This document shows positions 1-12,059 of a stretch of DNA of 64,000 nucleotides, in pieces. The first letter of the stretch is position 1. The number at the start of each line of letters is the position of its first letter. A program made the translations under genes and the position numbers. This DNA is from Phoronis australis. Lineage: Eukaryota; Animalia; Phoronida. The stretch lies in NCBI GenBank assembly GCA_002633005.1, contig NMRA01000153.1, positions 560,580-624,579 of the forward strand, given 5' to 3'. Under the pieces are notes generated by a model, which saw only the letters and a program-made list of their open reading frames with translations, had not been told where the DNA came from and did not search any database.

Positions 1-136
1 TCTACTTTTGTTTTGTGCTGTTTTTCAACAATTGCCGCCACCACTTTCCATCGGCGAGTATTCTGCGGCAAGATAGGTTAGTAGAGAACTCAAATACGTT
101 GGATTTAGGGATTGTTTAGTGTGTTGTAAGCTGAAA

Positions 137-380
137 ATGGCTGGAGTCGGTGACCCGTATCACAGTGACAGTAGTGTGAGTGACGGAGACCTTGTTCACA
201 GCAGTGGTGACGAGGAATTTTTTCACGGACATTCAGTGGGTGGTTACATGTTTGAGCCCGAGTATAACGAGGAAGAGTACGCACAGGCACAGGTAGCTGT
301 TGAGAGAAACGAGGCGGCTACTGAGGACAGACGTGGTGACACATCTTGGTGCAAATGCACTGTGTGCGTTGTTATGCCTG
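137..380 (+). pseudogene. P2X7 C-terminal/KolX-like Cys-rich protein, N-terminal fragment
   Basis: Acidic N-terminus, then GYMFEPEY...DRRGDTSWCKCTVCVVMP, matching the PYxFEP...WCxCxxCxxMP pattern. It is truncated immediately after MP. Confidence 0.65.
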
Positions 381-1210
381 TTCAGAGTTCGACGAGGCCA
401 ATCCACTACTGGACACGGTTAAGTGGACCTCCGGCATACCACGGACAGAGGAACAACTGTCCCACTTGCCAGAGTGTCCCGCGACACACTCCCACTGGAT
501 GGTGACCCGAGAACCCAAACTGCTTACATCGTGTCGTGTGACTCCCTCGCCACACACCTGGCACCTTCTAAATAGCTCCAACACTTTAGACAAATCCACA
601 GTAAACTTATCAAAGTTTGGCTCACCGATCTGTTCACACGACGAACTGTCCTCTTCACTGGGTGTCGAACTCGGCCTGTAATCACTCCCACTACTCAATA
701 TCGCTGAAGGGCTGCTTAGAGGCTCTGAGCTGGAGAAAACAACACAGGGCGAATCACTACTGGTCCCAGGAATGGCACGCTCTGGGGTACGTTCGGAGGC
801 ACGGGTGACAGTACAGTAGATGAAGTGCCTCTACTGGCTCCAGTCACTGTACTGGCCACAGCTCGCGAGGATTCTCTCTTCAAAAACGCACTTCTCGGGG
901 GTAGCGACGGGGCACTGCCGGGAATCAACACAGACGGAATGTCATCTTTCTGCAGGAGTTGTTTCGCAGGGACCTTCATCAGTTCAGCATACAAATCCCT
1001 TTCGTAATCGGAAAGCAGAAAGTGCTTGCCACACACACGGTAATTCTTGACTGCTTTGTACGTTGCGTGGACGGGTAACGCTGCGTTCTTCACACTAACG
1101 AGCCAAGTACGGCGAAGTGTGTCATCCATCAGAAAGTGATGCTAAGGTACTCCCAAAGCGCGCGTGAGACGATAATTAGTACATCCCGGTACACAGCAAC
1201 AGTGTGGCAT
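372..1210 (-). pseudogene. THAP zinc-finger transposase N-terminus (disrupted)
   Basis: ATG at 1210 reads MPHCCCVPGCTNY..GVP*HHF..RRTWL..RVCGKHF..DDIPSV, the C2CH THAP signature, with an in-frame TAG at 1142-1144. A second segment (698-372) reads LFRRCQVC..GSRVTIQWECVAGHSGKWDSC, a transposase zinc ribbon. No DDE core is present. Confidence 0.8.
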
Positions 1211-1818
1211 GTTGACTGAATAGTAAATGAAAGCAAACGACGACGTAACTTAACACAACCGAGGTAGAACAGTGACTGACTCGGCAGCTGTCACAGTCAG
1301 ACAATATGAAAAGAAATTGGCGCGAAATGCTTGCCTCCTAAAACGTCACTTCTGGAGTAGCGGACGAGTAATTAACAAAATTACGAAAATCTGTAATTAA
1401 GTGGAAAATATGTCTAGGATAACCAACCAACCTTATTTTAGCTCAAAACGACATGAAGAAAGGTTGCCTTCGCCTTTAACGACAGTCCCATACCTGACAC
1501 TGAATAATTACAATACAGAGATATAATTGGCGACAATGAAGCATGAATCACGATGTATTGCCCAACGTAGCAACTGAGAATTACACTCATTTTATCTCAA
1601 ACAACATGTCAGCAGTTGTTCGGAGCTTTTTCATGAAAGTCTACGATTTTCTTACGTGAATATGTATTTCTTTTGCTTTTATTTTCACAAAAATCTTCAA
1701 GGCCAGTGATCGTCGACCTCTCTGTTCTACCATGTATTCAAAGAAAATCATTCAGCGATGTAATAAGATTTTGAAATATGTAACAAGCACAAGAATACTT
1801 CTATTGCGGCTTGCCACA

Positions 1819-1890
1819 GGTCGTGGGTCAAGGGGGTTGTGGGTCAAGGGGTCGAGGGTGTGGGGGTCGAGGGGTGTGGGGGTCGAGGGG
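1819..1890 (+). repeat. G-rich short tandem repeat (GGGGTCGAGGGGTGT-like)
   Basis: Repeated GGG(G)TC(A/G)AGGGG units with many G3+ runs. Confidence 0.8.
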
Positions 1891-2094
1891 ATTTTAGAAC
1901 AATCTCCAAAACCTTGCCAAAGTCATGGGATCTTATTTAAAATACATTTGGGAGGCTGGACAGCACACAGCAAAGTCCGGGACGGGAGTGTTGCGCTACG
2001 TGTAGTCATAGATGTAGGCCTAGGTAGGGTTCAGTAACTGTCTTGGGCGAGAGAAGTGTAGGCTAAATCACATGCTCTCATTGAAAATACACGA

Positions 2095-2553
2095 CAATAT
2101 AAATTTTGGTGACTCGGGACTTGGACCAGATTGCATGGGTGAGACTCGAGCGTCTAAACCTTTCAGCCAATAGGCAATTGCTGCTTGGCAAGTGACTTAG
2201 AGAGGCTTTATCTGGCTGTACATCACACCTGGAAGTCAGTGTCACAACACTCCTCTCCCTTCTACGGATCAAGAGTGCTGCGTGCCGCCTGCCCCCTCAG
2301 TTCGGCCACGTCTCTGTTCTGAGTTTTCACTGCAGCTGTTGGAGGGTTACTCTGGCCTGCTCCGAAATGAGTGCTGACATCCCAACTGGTCACCAATGTA
2401 GAAAATTTCGGTGACTTTGGGACTTGAACCCGGTTGCGCCAGTGAGAGCCGAGCATCTAAACCGTTCAGCCAAGAGGCAATTGCCACTTGACAAGTGACT
2501 TAGAGAGGCTTTATGTGGATTTACGTCACACCCATAAGTCATGTGTCACAACA
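2095..2553 (-). mobile_element. Miniature non-autonomous LTR retroelement (TRIM) with tRNA-derived LTRs
   Basis: 5' LTR 2553-2397 (TGTTGTGACAC...TTTTCTACA), PBS-like TGGTGACC from 2395, about 147 bp non-coding interior, PPT AGAAGGGAGAGGAG (2263-2250), and 3' LTR 2249-~2095 also starting TGTTGTGACAC. Each LTR has A-box and B-box-like motifs. Confidence 0.8.
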
Positions 2554-2589
2554 CTAGGCAACAGGTAGTCCCTCGGCTGGCTATGTAGG

Positions 2590-3222
2590 AGCTACAGTAC
2601 TTCCTCTCACTGATCCCCTGTATTTTAAACGGAGTAAGCCAAATCTGGTCACAGAATAAGAGGTTTTGACCTAGTCAAAATACATTATACACTTAAAATT
2701 GTCGCTTAAAAAAGCACTATTTTCAGCGATCCTTTCAGGTTCTTTTCTTTTCGTATCCTTGATGAAGCAGGAATTAAGATGACTTTGGCAAAGAATTCCA
2801 ACTCCACTTGCTTTGTCGCCATTAATTTTTACAGTGCGCATGATAACCACAAACTTCACAAAGTATTTCAATTGACGTTAGACTTGGACTAATGCGAGAC
2901 TATGTGTGGCACGTGACACTTGCAAAAGTAACATGGGAAGATATTCAGTGAAATTTGTAAGATTTATGTCTCTTGTAAAGGTGTGATTTCGCGTAACTTC
3001 CTTAAAATGGCACCCGGTGATGGAGCTCTAGTGAACCGCTATAGATTTTCATGGATATGTTCAAATTGTGTTAAATTTGTCTCCAGAGAATGATGCTACA
3101 TGTTAATTATAATTAAATGCTTATATATGCATATTTTATTCGTTGTTATTTGCTGCATTTTGAGATGAGTAACTTTAGAGGGGTGTACTATTGCGCCTGT
3201 ATGCCTGCGGCATACACAGCTA
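2590..3222 (+). repeat. Dispersed repeat family copy (homologous to ~47160-47822)
   Basis: Colinear similarity, e.g. TGTATTTTAAACGG, GGCACGTGACACTTGCA, AAAATGGC(A/G)CC, and a shared end CCTGTATGCCTGCGGCAT..CTA. Confidence 0.75.
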
Positions 3223-4603
3223 TGCAATTGCCTAACGAGATCCTAGCGTTACTGAACTCCACCCTGGTTTCTTGAGAGAAAAGCAAATACCCGCACAAAT
3301 GACAGCTGCATGTTAACCTGCATTACAATATTCACTGTACTAGGAGTTTTTGCGGGTAGGTGTATGTTTAAATGTGCTTAGGAGCTTCTTGCTAATACTA
3401 GTAATAGTAGCCTATGGTAGGGGTCACCACTGACGTGAAGTCATTGGTCAGCAAGATTGGGTTGGAGTGTTGCATTGCAGGATTGAGTGCCCTTTTTTCA
3501 TTCCATAAGAGAAGATTTTATGACTGTTTCGGGACTTGACTCTTGGCACATCAGCTCGCAAAAATTCCCAGGTTGCCAAAAATGAAATAAAACCAGCCAG
3601 TGTAGCAAATATCTTGTGTGACACCTGAGATCACCTATAAGATGTTTCTTGATGCTTGGACAAAAAATTAGTATCTTGCATGCTCATTAACAGCTTATGT
3701 CCTCTCGAAGCCTCATATTCCGTGCACAAGCTCACCTCCTTTGGTAAATAGTATCACTTTCTGAAATGGGCTGCGAAGCTGGCTCATATGGTGGTTATCC
3801 CATAGGGCTGTTTTTCGTCATTTTCGGCGGTCTCACAAAAGCTTAAACTATCTAACCTACTAGTACCTTTAAGTACAACTGCCCATCAATGCACATACCT
3901 AGAATTAAGGCCCAACTCGTCCTGCTCAGTTGTTATATATAAATGTGGCAATAGTCACTGATGGATTCTCATTTTGAGAACTAGTGAATGTTGGCCGTTA
4001 TTCAGTGTTTGACCAATTCTCAAAATCAGAAACCACCAAAAGTGACTACTGCCTAAAATCAGGTTTATAACAAACATTTCTTGGGTAGAAGAATCATCAG
4101 TCTGGTCTTGCCTGCTGTTGAGTGGTTCAGAGAGGTACCTATGTAACTGATGATGGTACTACCAAAAGTCACATGATTTCTCAATATAAATCCTTGCTGA
4201 GAATTGAATTGGCCACCCAACTCAAGAACCCAGCATCTTAATGTATCGGCCGAATAGCAATTGACTGAAAGTCAAGTGAATCACGTTGGTAACTGCCCAA
4301 AGGTCCAGCGAATTATATTCTACCAAAAATCTCACTGCAGATTCTTCACAGTTTGATTGTCACTTGATTTGATCAGATTCAGCTCAGATGTCTCTGTGTT
4401 TTCAGTTACCTCCTTTAGAAAAAAAAAATAGGATTATAACATTTAACCTTGTGAAGGTGTTTCAATGCTTCAGAAGTTGTGATATTGCAATGCTTTAGTT
4501 TCCTTAAAACCCCATGGTGGACCATCGTTGTAAGACATCGGTTTGTCTCGGATAAGTCTTGGAACAAGTTATTTAGTGTCTTACAGTATCTCACTTGTTT
4601 CAG

Positions 4604-4712
4604 TCATCCTACTGTAGCTTGTTACAGAAGCACTGTGAGGCGGTGAAAAGGAATGTCCAGGTGGTCAACCTGGATCCAGCAGCGGAACATTTTAATTACC
4701 CCGTGCATGCAG
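4604..4712 (+). CDS. GPN3: GPN-loop GTPase 3, internal exon
   Basis: cag|[36 protein letters not shown](D)|gtaggt; contains the VVNLDPAAE motif. Confidence 0.95.
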
Positions 4713-5297
4713 GTAGGTAAAATTGACAGCAGGCAATGTGTCACTCACAGTCTCTAGCTTATGCCCACCAGTGCAAATGATGCTTGCTATTGGCCTTTTT
4801 ACGGATTGTGTGAGTCGTCACTTGCATAAAGGAGTGAGGACATCCTTAGCTGATTTGGGATGACTATTGACTTGTTCCCACTGAGCAATGCCATCAAAGT
4901 CATGCCATCATAGACTATAGGAATGGACCTCCAACTCCGTATATTTTCAATGGACGAAATCTGTGATCTTATACATAAGCTGTGACGTCATTATTCACTA
5001 GCGACACCTAGCAAAATTAGCAAGTTTTACTTCCATACAGTACGTGGTCTGCTAATCATGGTCAGCTGTTGTGTAGTTTTGTGTTCGGCCCCACAGGCGA
5101 AATGTAAAGGACTAAGTTTCCACAGCACTGAAGTTTGAATTTTGCAATTACATGACCAGTAGCATTGCCAAAAGTACTCACGACACCAACAGTTCTACTA
5201 TTGGAAAACTTTGAACAGCATTTCAATGTCGAATTTTTTTTTCATTGGACTGGTCACAGTAAAATAGATGTGAGAATTTCCCGTCACAATACACTAA

Positions 5298-5853
5298 GGG
5301 CTGTTCCAGCAAAATCTGTGTGGGAAGGGGGGAAGGCAACTGAAATAAAAATTTATGGGTGGTTGCGTTTGATTTAAATTCAAAATGGCTGGTGGTCGTA
5401 CTTCAAAAAAATTAAAATTTACAGGTCGTTGTTGTTTCATTGGGCCATAAATGTTTGATGGTGGGTAATTTTAGTAAATTTTATAAACAATCCGCACAGA
5501 ATCAAAAACTGAAACAAAAATGCAACTTGCAAAATGCTCCAACTTTTTCACTCCCTCCGATCTCCCCATCAGCATGCCCATAACACCAGTCAACCACAGG
5601 CGCTCGAATTTCTCGATGGCTAATAACCATGAGAAACATATGTTTTCTTATTAATGAATAACGTTAGTAGTGATGGAGGAACAGATAAACTCAAGCGCCT
5701 GTGCAGTCAACCACAAGAACAAAAAATATTACGGGTGGTTGCATTTCAAACTTATAAAAAATTACGGGTGGTAGGCTGAAGAAATATGGGTGGTGGGTGC
5801 GAAAAAAAAGGTGCCTTCCCCCCCCTCCCATACAGATTTTACTGGAACAGCCC
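5298..5853. mobile_element. PIF/Harbinger-type MITE in a GPN3 intron
   Basis: About 40-bp TIRs GGGCTGTTCCAGCAAAATCTGTGTGGGA / TCCCATACAGATTTTACTGGAACAGCCC with TAA TSD on both sides. Confidence 0.85.
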
Positions 5854-6218
5854 TAACCGGAAACTGAAATTGATAATTTAAGAGGGTACCGCCTCCTCTA
5901 GGATATTTCGCAAGAAAGTGTCAGAAATGCGAATCTGTTCTCCATAATCTATGATGCCATGTAGGAACAAACCAAGTCATCCAAGGAATTGAACTGAACA
6001 AGTAGATGAGCTGTTGGTCTTCTTTGAAAAACTGCTTTGTCTTGTATTAACGGAATCATTTCCTGCACTTCTCTGCTTTGCGGTCAATAAAACCAACTCG
6101 TTTTTTTATGTATAATCTCGTCCTCATGTTAGAAATGTGAGTACTGTGCCTGTTATTGTTTACTGGTCATGCACTTACTTTGCAAATGCTTCATTTCATG
6201 TTTATCATCACTTTGTAG

Positions 6219-6306
6219 ACATCCGTGAGCTGATTAGTGTTGATGATGTCATGGAAGATGACTCTATGAGGTTTGGTCCTAACGGTGGCTTAGTCTTCTG
6301 TATGGA
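6219..6306 (+). CDS. GPN3: GPN3 exon with the GPN loop
   Basis: tag|(D)[28 protein letters not shown](E)|gtaagt. Confidence 0.96.
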
Positions 6307-7086
6307 GTAAGTAGCAGACGTGCGTATGAAAAGGGCAACATCTGTATTCATTGCTAAAGCTGCCGTATGCCCACCTATCAAAGTTGTTGATTTAGATCAC
6401 TTTACATTATAACGTCTGCTTAGATTTTTCCTTACTCAAATAAGAACTGGTTTCAGGGCTTTGGAACAACTGACAGTTTCTTGCATTGTTTCTGAGAATT
6501 CTTGGATATGAAGTATTACACGGAAGTGTTTGCATGCCTGTTTGAGACACTTCTTTCAAACATGGTCTTCAAAAGGGATTTAGGAGCCGAACTGCTGTTA
6601 ACAATCCTGTTTGTTTGTTGTATTGTGCTGACAGAGATTGTGCTGATATTATTGGTGACACAAATATGTGGTTAAAATCCTACGCTTCGTTAGCAAAGTT
6701 AAAAGACAATGCGATAAGTAGCTGAGTATTTTATTTGTATTTAACTGATTAGGTCACTGGACTCGATTTCAGTTAACTCTATTGAAAGACTGGAAACCGT
6801 TGTCAGGAACTTGCAATTTCTAATAAAATCACAAAGCAGTGGATTTTGCTATTTTACATTTGTGACGTAACTTAAGGAGTCTATCATAACCCACAACAAT
6901 CCAAAAATGCTTTATTTCGGCCTCGAAAACTATTGTGTCCTGACAATTGTTTATCTAATCATTGTGTCATTACTCGATTTCAAGCGTCACCAACTTCCTT
7001 CATGTAAGGAAGGTATCCTTGTGTTTTGCAGGCTTATCATTCACAGCTGACTCAGTCCTAAAACAGATTGTACCCTTTAATTCCAG

Positions 7087-7166
7087 GTACTTGTCCCAGA
7101 ATTTTGACTGGCTGTATGAACAACTGGATGAGGTGGAGGATGACTATATACTGTTTGACTGCCCAG
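7087..7166 (+). CDS. GPN3: GPN3 exon
   Basis: cag|[26 protein letters not shown](G)|gtaact. Confidence 0.95.
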
Positions 7167-7564
7167 GTAACTTTGTGTAGATTGTACTTTGAGTTGTTTT
7201 GTTGTACTCGGACAGCCACATGCCAGGCTCATGGGAGAAAGCAGTGCTTCTAGTATATGTCCATTTTGTTACTCTGTTGTTTAATTCCATGGTAGAACTG
7301 GTGATATAAATGCTCTTTCAGAAAGCTCCAAACGTTATATGAAATGTTCTCAGCATTGCATTGAATGTCAGATAGAACTCTTGCACGTCTCTGCAGTGCA
7401 AGCACATCTCTGTCATTTGATGTAGAACAGATTGACCTGTTCTGCAGGTTAGATTGACCTGTTTTTATCTGTGTCGTCCGTTACTGGTTAGTTTGACCTG
7501 TACAGATCTTTGTCATGTTTTACAGGTCATATTAACCTGTACATATCTGTGTTGTGCATTGTAG

Positions 7565-7805
7565 GTCAGATTGAGCTTTACACACACATCCCTGTTATGC
7601 GACAGCTGGTTGATCAGCTGCAAAGCTGGAACTTCCGAGTGTGCGCTGTTTTTCTTGTGGATTCGCAGTTTCTTATTGAGCCATCCAAATTTGTCTGCGG
7701 CGTCCTATCTGCTCTCTCGGCCATGGTAACCATAGAGATTCCGCATGTGAATGTCATGACAAAGCTGGACCTGCTGAACAAACAAGCAAAGAACGAGCTG
7801 GAACG
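7565..7805 (+). CDS. GPN3: GPN3 exon
   Basis: tag|(G)[35 protein letters not shown]...[16 protein letters not shown](R)|gtgagc. Confidence 0.96.
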
Positions 7806-9351
7806 GTGAGCTGGTGCTAGTTTTATGAGGATACCATAACATCTCGCCAATTTGGTCAAAAACAATTGTCGAAATTAACCTTTTTTCACTGTCTTGAATG
7901 CCCACAATTTTCGAAATATTTTCTGAGTGGTAGCTATGATGTTACATCATTGATTTGGTGCTACATATCTTTTAAGAAAATTGAGGAAATAAAATTTCAC
8001 TCGTCGGCCATATTGTGCTCTAAATTGGCGACGTTTTACTGCAGTTGATTTTGCTGGCTGAAGGTGGAAAAATCCCTCGGCTAATACACAAAGAAGAAAC
8101 TGTTGAGTGTTCATTCTCTGGCTGGGCTTCTAAATGCATTGTCCAGACACTGAACATTAGAACAGGTGAGACTGAAGAACAGATCATTATGTGGATGGAC
8201 TCGGGTAACTATTAAATGCTGTGTTTGTACATACAGAGATTCACAGCGGATTGTTCTAGTTTTTACACGCGTATCTGGTGGCTTGTTTCTCAACACAAAT
8301 AAATTGAGTTTTGTGGATTTTGTGAAACCATTGACCAGTGTCCTTTATTAATTATTTGACTCGACAGTTTCAAGCCTGGTCAAACAAGTTTCGTGTAACA
8401 AATGTTAACATCTTACACAGCGCTAATTAGATACAAATTTCAAATTGGAATATATCAAGTCAGAGGCTGTTAAAGTAATGCTGAACTGCATTCAGTCCAT
8501 AATGTTATCCTATATCGTTGTATTCCACCCCCAAAGATGGGAGTCCAAATTGTCCAAAAAATTTGGACTGAACTCACCTTGTTCCTGCCAGCACTAATGG
8601 TCTGTCGGTACCTCTGTGGCCACTGAAGTGGTGTATCCGGTGATATAATACCATAGTACAGTGGTATGCAACAACCAATAAGAATTGTCAAAAGCATTTC
8701 CATTCAAAGGTTTATTGACTTGCTAACAATATTGCCAGTAAGTCCAATGTTGTGGGGCGCACGGAATATTGAAAAATTTGCTAAGAAACCATGTTTTGTA
8801 CAGTTAATTTCTTCATTTCTGAAATAACCAATGGTCGATCTATTTTGAGCAATGGCCAACCAGCTGATAATATTAAGAACGTGGCTGTCATTTCAAGCAA
8901 CTTTTTAGAAGTTTTGCCTATTTTTTAAATTCTGGCCGCCCGTTGAACCTGTGCAAAATAAAATCCTGGCCTCTGTATCAACACCTGAGTGTTGCATTAA
9001 GCCTTCTAGTTCTATAACTGTGTTTCATAGTTTTACTTTCAACATTTGTTACCTACAGCAATCAAATGGTACTTGTATATGAGAGAACAGTTCATTGTTC
9101 AACCTGGTTGAGGTATGTCTCCATCAACATTGGTTAGGAGTGGGTGCAGCTTTGTATTATCATCCCAACAGTGTGTGTAAGGTAGTTACCTCATTCGCAT
9201 TTCTTCATATTATGAATTTCTTACCGGACATTTGAAGCTCTGCCTTACCAAAGAAATAAATGAAAAGCAAGTAGTTCTGTGGTCTAATTCAGTGCTTGCC
9301 TATCTGATTTTTTGTTGGTGCCAACTTGAGTCTCAACTTTGGCCATTTCAG

Positions 9352-9451
9352 CTACCTCGACCCTGAGATGGACAGCCTTTTGGAGGAAGAGATGTGTGAC
9401 CAGCGGTTTGGTGCTAAGTTTGAAAAGCTGAATAGAAGTATAGCTCATCTG
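9352..9451 (+). CDS. GPN3: GPN3 exon
   Basis: cag|YLDPEMDSLLEEEMCDQRFGAKFEKLNRSIAHL|gtaagt; splice phases match both neighbouring exons. Confidence 0.93.
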
Positions 9452-10775
9452 GTAAGTACTAAATTTGCAACTTTGCCGTCTTGAAGCCTATGATATCAAT
9501 TTGAGGCATAAATATCTGCATGAAAGAAATGACAATGCGTCTCTTCTTTTATGTTTAGCTTTAGATGCAATGTGACTGTTAAGAACATCTAGGATGTGAG
9601 ATGCAAGTGTTATTGAAAAAATCACTGGCTTTTGTCAATTCCATCTTCCTCGAGCGAAGATCCTTGAATAAATATAAACTATGTGTTGTTGTCTTTATGT
9701 TCTCTTCATTCTTTGTAATGAATATTGGGCAGTTCTGGTATTATGCACAGAAGCCTGTGTTAAGCTGAGCCTATGAGAGGGCTGTGGGGAAGTTAGAATG
9801 GGCAGAAGCCAGGGTTTTGTTCAGCAGCACTTGCACTGACAAAAAGTTGCTTTCAACATACCCAGATATTATTTGTATATGTAAATTTGATAGTACTTGT
9901 ACTGTCATTGTAGCCCTTCTAAGTAGTAATGGGAGTGATATATACAAGAAGATGAGTCACATCAGTATAAAGGTGTTTAGTATTGTTAAATGTTTACTGT
10001 TTCAATACCGACTGTACTTCGGGAGCAAGTTTTCGGTTATACAGAATTTGTTAAATGCACGACACTTTTCATTGTTCACACTTCCGTTGTGTTCATACTT
10101 TCGGATCAAAACTCTACTCTCAACTGAACATAGATACAGTAACTGACCTAGCGACATAATTAAAAGACACATGATATTTCGAAACATACTTGTTTCATTC
10201 TCAAGTGAAGATAAAATGACGCAGTAATGCCACCACAGAGTATAAGCTGACGACACACACAGTGAGACACGGCGGGTGTGAAATACTGCAAAGAATGACT
10301 AATGAATTAGGGTAACAGGAAAGTCACGCAAACAAGTGTAACCCTGTAATTTTCTGATTTTTGTTGTCTTGTTCTCTCCTTTGGTTCGCTGTATTATGTA
10401 AGAACTAGTTACAACCTGTTGTTCTATAATTGAAAATTATTGGGTTTCACCCAAAATTGGAAACGCGAACTGCGGGACGTTGACACAAGTCCGTAATGTT
10501 ATTTAACCATTACAGTATCAGCAAGTACATGTTCATTCATGTACATTCCTCGATTCGTGTGTGTTGGTTTATCGGAGTCACATGTGAAAGGTCACCGGGG
10601 TATAACTCCACTGGGTCAATCAGAGTTAATTAATTTAAAAGTGAAATCTTAGCGTTTGTCTGGCCCAGGTTTGTCGTTTACGTGCAGGTGTGTCCTGTTG
10701 TTCATCAAGAATTTGTTCACAAGTGCATTGCAAAGTAATAACAACTCCGCTCAGTTTGTTATTTGTCGTTTCCAG

Positions 10776-10904
10776 ATTGATGACTACAGTCTCGTACGAT
10801 TCACACCACTCGATAGTACTGACGAGGAGTCCATCGGCGATCTACTTATGCAAATAGACAATGCAATTCAGTATGGAGAGGACCTAGAGCCTAAAGAACC
10901 CAAG
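10776..10904 (+). CDS. GPN3: GPN3 exon
   Basis: cag|[43 protein letters not shown]|gtagat. Confidence 0.95.
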
Positions 10905-11801
10905 GTAGATTGGATGATTGATTGACATAAGCAGGTGACATGATGTTCACGTAGTTTGATGGGGGCTTCTTTGGGGATGACAACTTGCTCCGATAATAAC
11001 TGACCATCCTTTTATCAGTCATATGGGTGACCAATCAGAGAATGTAGACAGGTGTTCTGACTTGACATTTCAATTTGTTGATCCAGACGGAGCTAGGTTG
11101 TTTTTCCTCTGACTTCTGTTCGAACTGAGAGAAGTGATTTACGACTTATGAATCAGTGTCTAGACATTCCGATTATTTTACAAAAAGTTGATGTGAAGTA
11201 GTATTAAACTAACCAGAGTGTGTAAACAGGTCTGAACTGACCAGATTTAGCTGACTGCCAAATGTTGATGGCGCTAAGGGCACATTTCAAAGTTGTGGGG
11301 AGCCTTTACTGAGAAGTTCAGAAATATCTCTAAACTTCCTACAATATTACAGACTCCATAGGTAAATTGATTTATAACATGATATTTTTAAAAGAACCCC
11401 ATTTGAGACCCAGAGAGTTCCACTTTAGGTAACCTGAAAAGTTGAAGTATGCAAAAAAGCAATGCCATGCGTTGGGTGATGTTTAGTAGACTGGTGCTGA
11501 CCCCATGTGATGGTTGGGTTAATTATTTTCCCAAGTTGTTTTAGCAACCCGTGAGGCGATGTAGTTGTTGCAGGTGAACTATAAGTTATGGCAATCCAAA
11601 TACCTTCCATTGAATGACTTAACATTTCAAATTTTTTTTTGTGCACTAATGTTTTGAAATTGTAAAAAGTATGTAACAGTTGAATTGATATTTTAATTAG
11701 AATGCTTAGTTACATTTTTCCTAAGAGAAAGACAAACTATGAGGAGATTGGAATAGTTTTGCATTTTATTTTGCTATCAAATTTCTCATTTTGTGTTGTA
11801 G

Positions 11802-11837
11802 GACTTTGGTGACAGATCTGATGATGGAGATAGCTAA
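11802..11837 (+). CDS. GPN3: GPN3 probable last coding exon
   Basis: Pyrimidine tract, then tag|DFGDRSDDGDS*; a short acidic tail in phase 0. Confidence 0.75.
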   Translation, partial: DFGDRSDDGDS

Positions 11838-12059
11838 CAGTGATGTAATACAGTGATGTAATACAGTTAAGGACGACAGCTTTGTTTTTATATTGCTTCT
11901 GTCTGTATATATGTAAATATTAATATCATAGACTTTGGGCTTGTGTTTTACATCAGTATTGCATGTACATTTGGTGTAAATTGTTTTCATTGCACAATCG
12001 AAACAGTATCCTTTGTGATGGCAGTATAGTTTAAGTTGATTGGCTCAGAAGATAGTAAC

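Larger units (their letters stand above)
1..1475. mobile_element. Internally deleted Kolobok-type DNA transposon (left end outside window)
   Basis: Ends ...GCCTTCGCCT(1475) followed by TTAA (1476-1479), the Kolobok-type terminus/TSD. It carries a THAP-transposase gene on - and a Cys-rich P2X7-C-terminus-like gene on +, convergent and fused at a deletion near 380. Confidence 0.65.

Noticed and set aside
2405-2480. Functional tRNA-Glu gene
   Set aside because: The acceptor stem does not pair and the sequence is duplicated inside LTRs, so it is a TE-borne derivative.
7425-7545. Short repeated TTGACCTGT units with cryptic cag|gt sites before the GPN3 exon at 7565
   Set aside because: A degenerate local repeat; the exon at 7565 already restores the conserved [10 protein letters not shown] and there is no evidence for micro-exons.
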